20,614 nucleotides of DNA from positions 1 to 20,614 of the forward strand of contig JAYZAC010000157.1 in the NCBI GenBank assembly GCA_036339875.1. Direction: 5' to 3'. Below the pieces are notes generated by a model. The model ran no database searches. It was not told where the DNA came from and worked only from the letters and a program-made list of their open reading frames with translations. Shown here one piece after another: positions 8,017 through 16,469 of the stretch; the stretch's first letter is position 1; the number at the start of each line of letters is the position of its first letter. Made by a program: the position numbers and the translations under genes. This stretch comes from a bacterium (GTDB lineage Bacteria; Muiribacteriota; UBA6191).

Positions 8017-10413
8017 CTACCTACCGAGATTCACGATTACATCCAACATTGTATTTACTGTAGAAATAATCCTTGCAGAAGCTTGGAAGCCTTGCTGATA
8101 CTGAATTAAGTTAGTTAATTCTTCGTCTACAGATACTCCGATAACACTCAAACGCTCATTTTCAAGTTGAAATTTTACCGTTTCGGAATTTTCTTTCAGC
8201 TTGATCATTTCTTCTGCTCGAACTCCTACCTTTGCTATCACCGATTGAATATGTTGTATGACCGACTTAGGTTCACCCTTAAATTTTGCATTTAATCTAC
8301 TACTCTCAACAATTCTACTTCCATTACCAAATGCTCCAGCTGATGCAGTAAGAAGCAAATCAGAAGCTGTCGTTCCTGATCCTTCTAAGAAAGTAAGATT
8401 AATGTTAGAAGAAACAAGACGCATTGTCCCATCAGCTTGCGTAGAAATCGTAATCTTCGAATCGAAACCATTAAGATCTAATGCTTTATTCATAGCTATT
8501 TGTAAATCTTGAATAGTCGAATTTTCATCGAAACCTTCAAGATTAACAACGGCATTTTCTACTCCATTTGAAATTGAAAAAAATGATTGAGGCCGACCTA
8601 CGTCGACACCCTCTCCACCATTTAATACTGACAAGCGAGTACTCAATCCAAATTCAGCGTTATCAACAACCTGAGCAAATTTTAGCTGCGCCATTTTTAG
8701 AGCATTACGACCGTCACGATCACCACTTGATACTGGAATTCGATCTCCTTGCTTTTCGAATACACCAGATGCGGCTGCTACAGCTTTAACGTTAGATTGT
8801 ATCTCTTCCCTAACTCTCAATGCTTGACCTGCCCCTTTTTCAACTAAAAGCTGGTCGGGACTAGTAAAAGTTTCGAAGAATAAGCGTTGAGACGCACCAT
8901 CTAGTCCAAAACCTTCAAAATGAATCTTATTGATCTCGTTAATTAAGGCATATCCTAGCTTATCGATATTACGTGATTCATCGTGTACAAATCTATCCTG
9001 ATACTCCATAAACCCACGTAAGCGACCAGAGGTTATGAAGTGATTTGCCATAATATTTGTAGAACCTACACTTTTCAGTTCGACATCAATACCAGAAACT
9101 ATATCCTCAATTAAGTTGCTAGAAGATGTAAAAGTTTGCAATCCAACGGCGTAACGCGCGTCTCGAACTTCTCCATCAAAGATGAGCTGGCCATCTACAT
9201 CAAATTCTTGAGCGTCACTAAATTGCATAACATCTAATATATTGGAAGTTCCCTCCGAGAAAACTACCTGATGCGCAGTTCCTGTCCGTACAGAATTCAA
9301 TATGAGTTTACCGCGTTCAAAAAACGCATTAACGCCAAGACCAGCACTATTAATTTTATCTTTTAACTGAGTAAGATTATCATTGTTATCGAAGTATATT
9401 TGAACGCCATTCAAGAAAAAACTGCCACTTGTAATACCAGCTTTTTCCATGGAAGACGTAAAATTAAAATCTGTCTTAATGTCAATGAGTGCCTTAGATT
9501 GTGTTGAATGCTCTCTTGCCGTTTGAAACACGGTTAATGCCAAATTCTGATTTTCAGCGTCTCCTCCAATGTATCCGGTAGCAACATGAGGATTCGACGA
9601 AGATTGAGGAATACCATCCTGCGTGGCAATCGACCTTAGTCCATTTCTCCGAGGATCAACAACGTATCTTAATTCATTAACTGTATCACTCTGTACTAAT
9701 AAATGATGGCCGAGTCTAATAAACATATTCTGATCAGAATCTTCGGAAATATCAATATTTACCAACTCTGCTAATTGATCAAGCATCAGATCGCGAGCAT
9801 CCAAAAGATCATTTGGATTTTGTCCCGTATGTCTCACTTTCTTAATTTCAAGATTAATATCCCCAATAGAGTGAGCCAAAGAATTTACTAGATCAACATT
9901 TGTAGAAATTTCATTATTAATGTTGACTCGCTCATCCTCTATCCTCTTGGATGTAACATTAACCAAAGTAGCCAAAGACTTAGCTCGCTCAATAAGGGTG
10001 ATTCTTACACCAGTATTATCAGGCTGATTATTTAAGTCTTCTAATGACTGAAAAAATTGATCTAATGCACCCCTGACATTGTTTTCTCCGGGTTCATTTA
10101 GAATCGTCTGTAATCTACCTAAGCTTTGACTTAGTTTTTCTACATAACCTGAAAACGAATTTTGATCACGCAACTGGGTATCAATTAAATTATCTCTTAT
10201 TCTTCGAATCTCATCTACTTCAACACCAGAGCCAAGCTGACCAGCTCCACCCCGCTGATCCATTGGAGCTTTAGCCTTCAATGAAACTGTTTGACGGCTA
10301 TAACCTTCCGTTTCAGCATTGGTAATATTATGGCTGACAACATTGATCGCACGCTGATGCGCCATCACTCCAGCTTTACCTATATCTAAGCCTAAAAATG
10401 CTCCTAGGCCCAT
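8017..10413 (-). CDS. flgK: Flagellar hook-associated protein 1 (FlgK), enlarged (798 aa)
   Basis: Motifs SHNITNAETEGYSRQ, GSGVEVDEIRRIRD, PNDLLDARD and GVSVDEELTNLIQYQQGFQASARII. Start moved to the ATG at 10413 behind a G-rich SD. Confidence 0.95.
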   Translation of the reverse strand: MGLGAFLGLDIGKAGVMAHQRAINVVSHNITNAETEGYSRQTVSLKAKAPMDQRGGAGQLGSGVEVDEIRRIRDNLIDTQLRDQNSFSGYVEKLSQSLGRLQTILNEPGENNVRGALDQFFQSLEDLNNQPDNTGVRITLIERAKSLATLVNVTSKRIEDERVNINNEISTNVDLVNSLAHSIGDINLEIKKVRHTGQNPNDLLDARDLMLDQLAELVNIDISEDSDQNMFIRLGHHLLVQSDTVNELRYVVDPRRNGLRSIATQDGIPQSSSNPHVATGYIGGDAENQNLALTVFQTAREHSTQSKALIDIKTDFNFTSSMEKAGITSGSFFLNGVQIYFDNNDNLTQLKDKINSAGLGVNAFFERGKLILNSVRTGTAHQVVFSEGTSNILDVMQFSDAQEFDVDGQLIFDGEVRDARYAVGLQTFTSSSNLIEDIVSGIDVELKSVGSTNIMANHFITSGRLRGFMEYQDRFVHDESRNIDKLGYALINEINKIHFEGFGLDGASQRLFFETFTSPDQLLVEKGAGQALRVREEIQSNVKAVAAASGVFEKQGDRIPVSSGDRDGRNALKMAQLKFAQVVDNAEFGLSTRLSVLNGGEGVDVGRPQSFFSISNGVENAVVNLEGFDENSTIQDLQIAMNKALDLNGFDSKITISTQADGTMRLVSSNINLTFLEGSGTTASDLLLTASAGAFGNGSRIVESSRLNAKFKGEPKSVIQHIQSVIAKVGVRAEEMIKLKENSETVKFQLENERLSVIGVSVDEELTNLIQYQQGFQASARIISTVNTMLDVIVNLGR

Positions 10414-10436
10414 AATGGCCCCCTTTTTTTGGGCAT

Positions 10437-10492
10437 AAAAAAAACCTAACACCGATTCGTTTTTTTATAAAAACGAAGTCGAATGTCAGGCT
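10437..10492 (-). terminator. Long intrinsic terminator/attenuator hairpin between flgN and flgK
   Basis: Minus strand AGCCTGACA-T-TCGA-C-TTCGTTTTT / loop / AAAAACGAA-TCGG-TGTTAGGTT, ending in a run of 8 T (10444-10437). Confidence 0.7.
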
Positions 10493-10524
10493 TTCCATAG
10501 CCGAAAATCCGCCAATCCTGGCTA
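10489..10524 (-). promoter_or_regulatory. Candidate CsrA/RsmA binding hairpins in the flgK leader
   Basis: GCC-AGGATT-GGC (10522-10511) and GGCT-ATGGAA-AGCC (10502-10489), both with GGA in the loop, plus a third GGA between them. Confidence 0.5.
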
Positions 10525-10539
10525 GTATTTATTCGAACT

Positions 10540-11013
10540 CTATACTGTTAGATTCAATGATCTATAGGCCTGTGGCCTCTTGTTCTTTTTCACCCGAGAA
10601 TAGGTCACTTCCTTCCCAATACTAAGGTCTTTAACAGACTGAATCATCTTATTAATAACCTTCAAGGATACGTTTAATGCCAATGAGTTTTTAGAGTTAA
10701 TTCTATGCAACTTGAATGCAACATCTTTAATCGCATCTTTAAGGTGCACAAGTTTATCTCTTGAGACATCACTTTCTTCAAGAATACTCTCAAAATCTTG
10801 ATCCTTGGCTATACCCCTACGCTTATTCTCTAATTCCTTAAGAATGGAAACCACTTGAACCTCTGATTTGACCAGCTTATGGAGATCTTCGACCTCTCTA
10901 TCAGCAGCTTTTTTCGAAATCAAGTGAGCCTTACGCTCCGCCAGATTAAGTAGGCGCTGATACTGCTCTAACTGATCTTCAAGATTCTCTGTTATATTTT
11001 GAACGATTTCCAT
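10540..11013 (-). CDS. flgN: Flagellar export chaperone FlgN
   Basis: 157 aa helical protein (LEDQLEQYQRLLNLAERK...LKELENKRR...INSKNSLAL) between flgM and flgK. Confidence 0.8.
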   Translation of the reverse strand: MEIVQNITENLEDQLEQYQRLLNLAERKAHLISKKAADREVEDLHKLVKSEVQVVSILKELENKRRGIAKDQDFESILEESDVSRDKLVHLKDAIKDVAFKLHRINSKNSLALNVSLKVINKMIQSVKDLSIGKEVTYSRVKKNKRPQAYRSLNLTV

Positions 11014-11046
11014 TTTTAGAACTCAAAATTGTTTGTTTTTGTTTCT

Positions 11047-11451
11047 TTACAATATGTCGTCAAGAATCCCAGAATTTAATAGCCTTTGAGCAACTTTTTC
11101 TGAATCAACAGAATCTAAATAAGCTTTTGCTCCACCTTTGGCAATCATATCCTTGATTTCCTGTACTCTTTTATTGGCCTCTACATCACTTGTTAAGACT
11201 CTCTCACTGATAGCTTTTAAGTCCGCTGCAGAACCATCCGTCAAGATACTTGACTTGACGGAAGGCTGCTGATATCCACTTGGATTATTAGCAACCGGAC
11301 CAGTAAGCTTAACTGAATCTGAATTACTTTTTACTTTAGGAGCTTCATTAGTTTTTAACGAATCTTCAAAATTTGCTCCCGACTTGTTCACTCGTTTAGA
11401 CTGGTCTGTTGACGGTCTAATGGGAGGAGTCCCCGTTACTTTAATGCTCAT
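11047..11451 (-). CDS. flgM: Anti-sigma-28 factor FlgM
   Basis: Low-complexity N-terminus, DSVKLT motif and C-terminal KRVQEIKDMIAKG...Y..VDSEKVAQRLL. Position before flgN-flgK, with a sigma-28 promoter upstream. Confidence 0.8.
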   Translation of the reverse strand: MSIKVTGTPPIRPSTDQSKRVNKSGANFEDSLKTNEAPKVKSNSDSVKLTGPVANNPSGYQQPSVKSSILTDGSAADLKAISERVLTSDVEANKRVQEIKDMIAKGGAKAYLDSVDSEKVAQRLLNSGILDDIL

Positions 11452-11497
11452 ACCTTTACCCTTAAATTTATTATTATTACCCTGACTGACATATATT

Positions 11498-11525
11498 GTA
11501 TCGTCCCGATGAGAGAGCGCCTTTA
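11498..11525 (-). promoter_or_regulatory. Sigma-28 (FliA/SigD) promoter of flgM
   Basis: Minus strand TAAA (11525-11522), 16 nt spacer, GACGATAC (11505-11498), against consensus TAAA-N15/16-GCCGATAA. Confidence 0.65.
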
Positions 11526-11633
11526 ACTCTCTAGAGAGGGATTATAAAAATATAAGTTGAATTATTGCCAAATTACTAACAAAATCTAACTTTTTTACTA
11601 GATCCCAATTGAGTGACTCTACAATTTATAAAA

Positions 11634-11840
11634 TCAGTCCTTTTTTAGTAATTTACCCTGACTTATTAAACGAAAAATTACCGTCTGATCTATACCCGTA
11701 GCCCTTGAAATCTCGGCAGCATTCGCGCCAGGGTGATCTCTAATATAATCACGAATTCTCCGGAAAACTTCCTGCTCTTCTTTCATTTTGGAATCATCGC
11801 CTCTCAAACGACGTTCCAGTTCATCATCACTAAGACCCAT
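11634..11840 (-). CDS. Short YvyF-like flagellar operon protein (HTH portion only)
   Basis: ATG at 11840 with SD GGAGG; 68 aa. EEQEVFRRIRDYIRDHPGANAAEISRATGIDQTVIFRLISQGKL resembles the YvyF core. Lies between comF and flgM. Confidence 0.7.
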   Translation of the reverse strand: MGLSDDELERRLRGDDSKMKEEQEVFRRIRDYIRDHPGANAAEISRATGIDQTVIFRLISQGKLLKKD

Positions 11841-11847
11841 ATTCCTC

Positions 11848-12516
11848 CTAGGACAATACGCTTTGATACGCAAAAACGACTACATAAACTTCTGTGTATC
11901 CTAAACCTAAAAGTAATGAAATACAACATTCCAAGCTTGTACCAGTAGTCATTACATCATCAATTAATAATACTGCATCAGTTTTAATACTCACATACGG
12001 CATCACTTCAAATAGGCTCGATCTCCTACTATTTCGCTCTTCACGATTAAGATATTTTTGTCCAACATGTCCTTTCACGCGACTGAGTACTGAATCTTTA
12101 GTACGATTTTTAATCGTATCGGGAAGAATATTTCGAATCCAATTCTCCTTATTTTCTGAAGGAACCAATTCTACGGAAAATGGTTTATTGATAAACTTTT
12201 CCAGATTAATGAAAAACAAATCAAGTAGTTTAGGATTAATTAAATCTATCTTAGAATTTAGATCTAATTTATAACTATAAATCCATGGCCTAATTAATGA
12301 GTATGGAGCTAAAACTAGAAAACCAGTAGCACCTATTTCTGATGCACATCGGGCACAAAATCCGTCATAAGAATTCTGACATTTAATGCAATTCGACCTC
12401 AGAAGTTTTTCATAGCAAGGATCACACAGCTGATAAGCTGAATCTATTCCGCAACTCGAGCAGCTAATCGGGAACAATAATTCGATAAAAAATTTTCTGA
12501 GATCGCTCAAAATCAA
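11848..12516 (-). CDS. comF: ComF/ComFC family protein (Zn ribbon + PRTase-like domain), divergent
   Basis: LLFPISCSSCG...LCDPC...FCARC; GQKYLNREER; VLLIDDVMTTGTSL PRPP-binding loop. TTG start. Confidence 0.8.
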   Translation of the reverse strand: MILSDLRKFFIELLFPISCSSCGIDSAYQLCDPCYEKLLRSNCIKCQNSYDGFCARCASEIGATGFLVLAPYSLIRPWIYSYKLDLNSKIDLINPKLLDLFFINLEKFINKPFSVELVPSENKENWIRNILPDTIKNRTKDSVLSRVKGHVGQKYLNREERNSRRSSLFEVMPYVSIKTDAVLLIDDVMTTGTSLECCISLLLGLGYTEVYVVVFAYQSVLS

Positions 12517-12538
12517 CTAGTATTAAAAAAGCTTGATT

Positions 12539-13315
12539 CTAACCCTTAACAATTCCACGTTCACTTTTTTGGAGAAATTGCAGAAGATGCGAAAGAGATT
12601 CCGTTTCTTCCAAATCTGCCCGAATCTCTTCGATCGCTTGACTAACGTTGTATCCGGACCTGTAAAGAAAATTATAAGCTTGCCTAAGTATTCTGCGATC
12701 AGCCTTATCAATACCATTGCGCTCTAGGCCCACGGAATTCAAACCAAATACTTTAGCCGGATTACCCTGCACCTTCATAAAAGGTGGGACATCCTTTGTT
12801 ACTTTAGACATCCCTCCCACCATTGCCATCTTACCGATTTTACAAAACTGATGTATACCTACATAACCAGCTATTACGGCAGCATCATCAACTTGAACAT
12901 GACCTGCAAGAGTGGAAAGATTCGACATAATAACATGATTACCAACGATACAATCATGAGCAATATGAGTGTAAGCTAGGAATGTATTATGACTACCTAC
13001 CCGAGTATACGCCTCATCTGACGTACCTCTGTTAATTGTGACATACTCGCGAATTATATTGTGATCACCAACACTCAAATAAGTTCTTCCACCATCGTAT
13101 TTAAGATCTTGTGTGAGTGAACCAATTATTGCTCCCTGATAAATGGAGTTGTTGCAACCTATTGTTGTGTCTTCACCAATAAATACATGAGCTTTAACAT
13201 CAGTTCCAGAGCCAATTTTAGCATTACCCTCAACCACAGTGTAAGGACCTATCTTTACATCCTCAGCCAACTCAGCATAACGGGACACCTGCGCCGTAGT
13301 ATGTATATCAGGCAT
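12539..13315 (-). CDS. lpxA: UDP-N-acetylglucosamine acyltransferase LpxA
   Basis: Hexapeptide repeats, QDLKY, IREYVTINRGT, HIAHDC, HQFCKIG and DVPPF. Start set at ATG 13315 behind SD GGAGG. Confidence 0.96.
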   Translation of the reverse strand: MPDIHTTAQVSRYAELAEDVKIGPYTVVEGNAKIGSGTDVKAHVFIGEDTTIGCNNSIYQGAIIGSLTQDLKYDGGRTYLSVGDHNIIREYVTINRGTSDEAYTRVGSHNTFLAYTHIAHDCIVGNHVIMSNLSTLAGHVQVDDAAVIAGYVGIHQFCKIGKMAMVGGMSKVTKDVPPFMKVQGNPAKVFGLNSVGLERNGIDKADRRILRQAYNFLYRSGYNVSQAIEEIRADLEETESLSHLLQFLQKSERGIVKG

Positions 13316-13474
13316 AGCAAACCTCCAAGCCTGATGATGCATAATTGATCGAGTTGATTTCAGTCGTACCGGATTTCATTTATCTTACTTAGAATTTTTG
13401 AGGAATGTATCATAAAACATAATATTGCATAACCCTTGGATTAGGTGAGTTTTTTTTAAGTCAAAGCTTACAAA

Positions 13475-14755
13475 TTACTTAATCATAAAACTTAATTGGC
13501 CCTGTACATGCGTATTACCCTCTACTTTGGCTACGGCTTCTACCTTACCCGTGGAACCTCTTAACTTCAAAACTTTGATATGCAGTTCCAAAAGATCACC
13601 GGGATAAACAGGACGTCTAAATTTCACCTGATCTAGTCCCATGAAATATGGTGTTTTTCCTTTGTGATGCGTCATAGATAACAGACAAACACCGGCTACC
13701 TGAGCGAGCGCCTCCACAATTAAAACTCCTGGCATCACTGGAGTGTCTGGGAAATGACCATTAAAAAATTCCTCGTTTCCTGTAACACCTTTTATACCGG
13801 TAGCCTCCTCTCCAACCTTCAAATCAATTATTCGATCCACTAGTAGAAAGGGATAGCGATGTGGGATTAATTTTTTTATATCCACCAGTTCCAAAGTCTT
13901 TTTCATCTCCCACAGATTCTCTTGGACCAGACACCCGTCCTTCAAAAGCTTCTTAAGTAGCATAATGTTATTGCGATGACCCGACTTTATTCCAACAAAT
14001 CTACCTTTCAATTGACCGCATAACATGTTCATGTCACCGAAAAAATCCATTACTTTATGCCATGCAAATTCATTTTCAAACCTAAGGCCACCTTCATTGA
14101 GACACTTATGTCCATCAACGACTACCGCATTAGAAAGACTGCCACCCAAGGCCTGTCCCATTGCATGCTGCGCTTCAACCTCCTCTAACAAACAGAAGGT
14201 TCGAGCCTTCAGTAGATGATCCGATTTATCAATCAGATCAAAGTCAACTTCAAGATGACGAGCTCCAATCATCGTATTTGGATAATTGAGCGTGTAGGAC
14301 ATCTGAAATTCATCGCCAGGGAAAGCCATCAGCTTAGCGCCATTTTCTTCTACAACGCAAGGTTTAACCACTCGATAGACGGGGTATAATGCATCTTGAG
14401 TTATCACACCAGCTTTTTGGAACTTCTGATAAAACACTATACCGCTACCATCGAGAATTGGAGGCTCATCTGAGTCTATTTCAAAAATTAGATTAGTAAG
14501 CCCACACGCCCCTACAGCTGCCATTAAATGCTCGAATGTATATATTGTCTCTGTACCGTCTGAAAGATTTGTACCTCTTGAAATACCTTCTATGTTTTCA
14601 AGATTCACTTTAAGCTTATGACCATCCTTGTTAGTTTTTACAAAAACTAAACCATGATTTTCTGGCGCTGGCTTAACTACAAGCTTGACAGGTTTACCAG
14701 TATGCAAACCAATATCCTTAAACTCAACGGATTTCTTTAGCGTTTTCTGCTTCAT
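13475..14755 (-). CDS. lpxC-fabZ: Bifunctional LpxC deacetylase / FabZ dehydratase fusion
   Basis: LpxC part: QKTL..IGLHTG, EHLMAA, EPPILDGS, ARTF, HKVMD, KSGH. FabZ part: IPHRYPFLLVDRI, FFNGHFP, MPGVLIVEALAQ. Confidence 0.95.
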   Translation of the reverse strand: MKQKTLKKSVEFKDIGLHTGKPVKLVVKPAPENHGLVFVKTNKDGHKLKVNLENIEGISRGTNLSDGTETIYTFEHLMAAVGACGLTNLIFEIDSDEPPILDGSGIVFYQKFQKAGVITQDALYPVYRVVKPCVVEENGAKLMAFPGDEFQMSYTLNYPNTMIGARHLEVDFDLIDKSDHLLKARTFCLLEEVEAQHAMGQALGGSLSNAVVVDGHKCLNEGGLRFENEFAWHKVMDFFGDMNMLCGQLKGRFVGIKSGHRNNIMLLKKLLKDGCLVQENLWEMKKTLELVDIKKLIPHRYPFLLVDRIIDLKVGEEATGIKGVTGNEEFFNGHFPDTPVMPGVLIVEALAQVAGVCLLSMTHHKGKTPYFMGLDQVKFRRPVYPGDLLELHIKVLKLRGSTGKVEAVAKVEGNTHVQGQLSFMIK

Positions 14756-14784
14756 GCATCACCTCGTAAAAAGATGTTATGCGA

Positions 14785-15807
14785 TTATGAACCTGGCATC
14801 AAGTTTAGAGTCTTAAGAATTCTACGGATTTCCTTCATCAAATTAGGTAGTTTGCGCATTGTCGCAATCATACGTAAATCTTCCTTGTGATCACGACCTG
14901 GAAATCCGGAGATTTTGGAACCTGGTTTTATTGATTGTGTGGGGACTCCTCGGGCATAGATCGTACTACCTTTTCCAATCGTAATATGGCCTACTGAACC
15001 TGATTGACCACCGAATGTAACGTAATCTTCAACTTTTGTTGTGCCAGATATTCCCGATTGAGAAGCCATCAAGCACCCTTCCCCTAAAATTACATTGTGC
15101 CCTATCTGAACTAAATTATCTATTTTAGATCCCTTACCGATAATAGTTGGGCGAAAAGTACCTCGGTCTACCGTTACATTAGCACCAAGCTCGACGTCAT
15201 CGCCAATTTCAACAATACCCAATTGAGGAATTTTGTGATGTACCCCGTCTTCATATACAAAACCATATCCATCACTACCAATTACGCAACCGGGTTGAAG
15301 TGTTACTCGATTTCCAATTTTACAACGTTCTCGAACTGCGACATTTTGATAGACTAAGCAATCAATGCCAATCTCTACGTCTTCGCCAATAGATGTATTA
15401 GAAGAAAGTATAGTCCTATCACCTATTTTTGCGCCACGCCCTACAACAACCCCTGGATAAATTTGCACATCAGTTCCAATTTTACTATCTGGATGTATGC
15501 TAGCAGTCGGACTTATACCAACTTGCTCGGGCGAAAAATTGTTCAGGAGTTCCAGCACTCGAGCAAAAGCCAGGTAGGGATTCTTTACACATATGTGCGG
15601 ACAATCTACATCCCAATCCCCCTGGGGCAGTATTGCCAAACCACATTCAGAGTCTTTGATTAGATCGACTCTACGCCGATCTACCGCATAAATTAAATCA
15701 TTGGAGCCAGCTTCAGCAATCTCAGCCACACCTGTGATCACAGGCTTTTTTCCTTGAAGACACCATTGACCCCCTATTAGGGATTGCAGCTTATTGAGAT
15801 CCAACAT
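14785..15807 (-). CDS. lpxD: UDP-3-O-acylglucosamine N-acyltransferase LpxD
   Basis: NPYLAFA, IGSDGYGF, KIPQLG, VDRG, KIDNLVQIGHNV. Start likely the ATG at 15807, which avoids overlap with skp. Confidence 0.95.
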   Translation of the reverse strand: MLDLNKLQSLIGGQWCLQGKKPVITGVAEIAEAGSNDLIYAVDRRRVDLIKDSECGLAILPQGDWDVDCPHICVKNPYLAFARVLELLNNFSPEQVGISPTASIHPDSKIGTDVQIYPGVVVGRGAKIGDRTILSSNTSIGEDVEIGIDCLVYQNVAVRERCKIGNRVTLQPGCVIGSDGYGFVYEDGVHHKIPQLGIVEIGDDVELGANVTVDRGTFRPTIIGKGSKIDNLVQIGHNVILGEGCLMASQSGISGTTKVEDYVTFGGQSGSVGHITIGKGSTIYARGVPTQSIKPGSKISGFPGRDHKEDLRMIATMRKLPNLMKEIRRILKTLNLMPGS

Positions 15808-15820
15808 GGTAACGGTAAAG

Positions 15821-16342
15821 CTAGCGTTTTCCTGCGGAGGCCCTACCACCGCTTTTCTTATTTATTCGATCTATTAACTGCTGAGTAAAATCTTCAGTAT
15901 TTCCGTAGTAAACACTTCGCTTATCAAAAACAAAATCCATACGTTTAACCTTCGCTATTTTTGAGATTTCTTCAAAAATTACGGCTTTGATTTTCTCCAT
16001 TTGCTCTTCTTTTTGCTCTTCTATCTTCTTTTTGTACGTTTCAAACTTACGTTGCATATTGAAGACTTTGCGAGAGTAATCTTTCTCCAAACCTTCCTTC
16101 TTGTCCTCACCAAGACTAGGATCTTGCAACATCTGCTTTAGTCGATTCACCTCTGCCTCATCCTGACTGAGCTCATTCGTATAGCGAGCCTCACGATTCG
16201 CCATCTCAATGCGAAACACCTTAAACTCATCGTAGTAGAACATTACCCGCTGCAAATCCACAACTCCCACACGCAGCTGACTTGCAGCAAAATTAGTGGA
16301 TAAAAATCCTGTCGCGGCTATTACCAATATCCAGAGTCTCAT
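15821..16342 (-). CDS. skp: OmpH/Skp periplasmic chaperone
   Basis: Signal peptide, RVGVVDLQRV, coiled coil, then IAKVKRMDFVFDK..VYY...DFTQQLI. Directly upstream of lpxD. Confidence 0.88.
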   Translation of the reverse strand: MRLWILVIAATGFLSTNFAASQLRVGVVDLQRVMFYYDEFKVFRIEMANREARYTNELSQDEAEVNRLKQMLQDPSLGEDKKEGLEKDYSRKVFNMQRKFETYKKKIEEQKEEQMEKIKAVIFEEISKIAKVKRMDFVFDKRSVYYGNTEDFTQQLIDRINKKSGGRASAGKR

Positions 16343-16425
16343 ATTTCTCCCATCATCCGAGCTGAATGTTACCTAAAATATCATACTAAAAATGACAAAT
16401 TCATGTTTAATTTACCAGAAAATGT

Positions 16426-16454
16426 ATATTACGAAATTTATGAACGTAATTCAA
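16426..16454 (-). promoter_or_regulatory. Possible sigma-70 promoter for skp-lpx genes
   Basis: TTGAAT, 17 nt spacer, TAATAT on the minus strand in an AT-rich gap. Confidence 0.3.
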
Positions 16455-16469
16455 TGTAGAATGGATTAA

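Noticed and set aside
10414..10452. ORF-track N-terminal extensions of flgK (also lpxA, lpxD, yvyF-like, LysM/M23, punA)
   Set aside because: Downstream starts have better SD sites or family-typical N-termini, or avoid overlaps.
10414..10539. c-di-GMP riboswitch or invertible flagellar switch upstream of flgK
   Set aside because: No GEMM-type consensus recognised. No flanking recombination-type inverted repeats and no recombinase in the window.
13475..14755. LpxC-FabZ fusion as a novelty in itself
   Set aside because: Well-known bifunctional architecture with intact catalytic motifs; useful only as a taxonomic clue.
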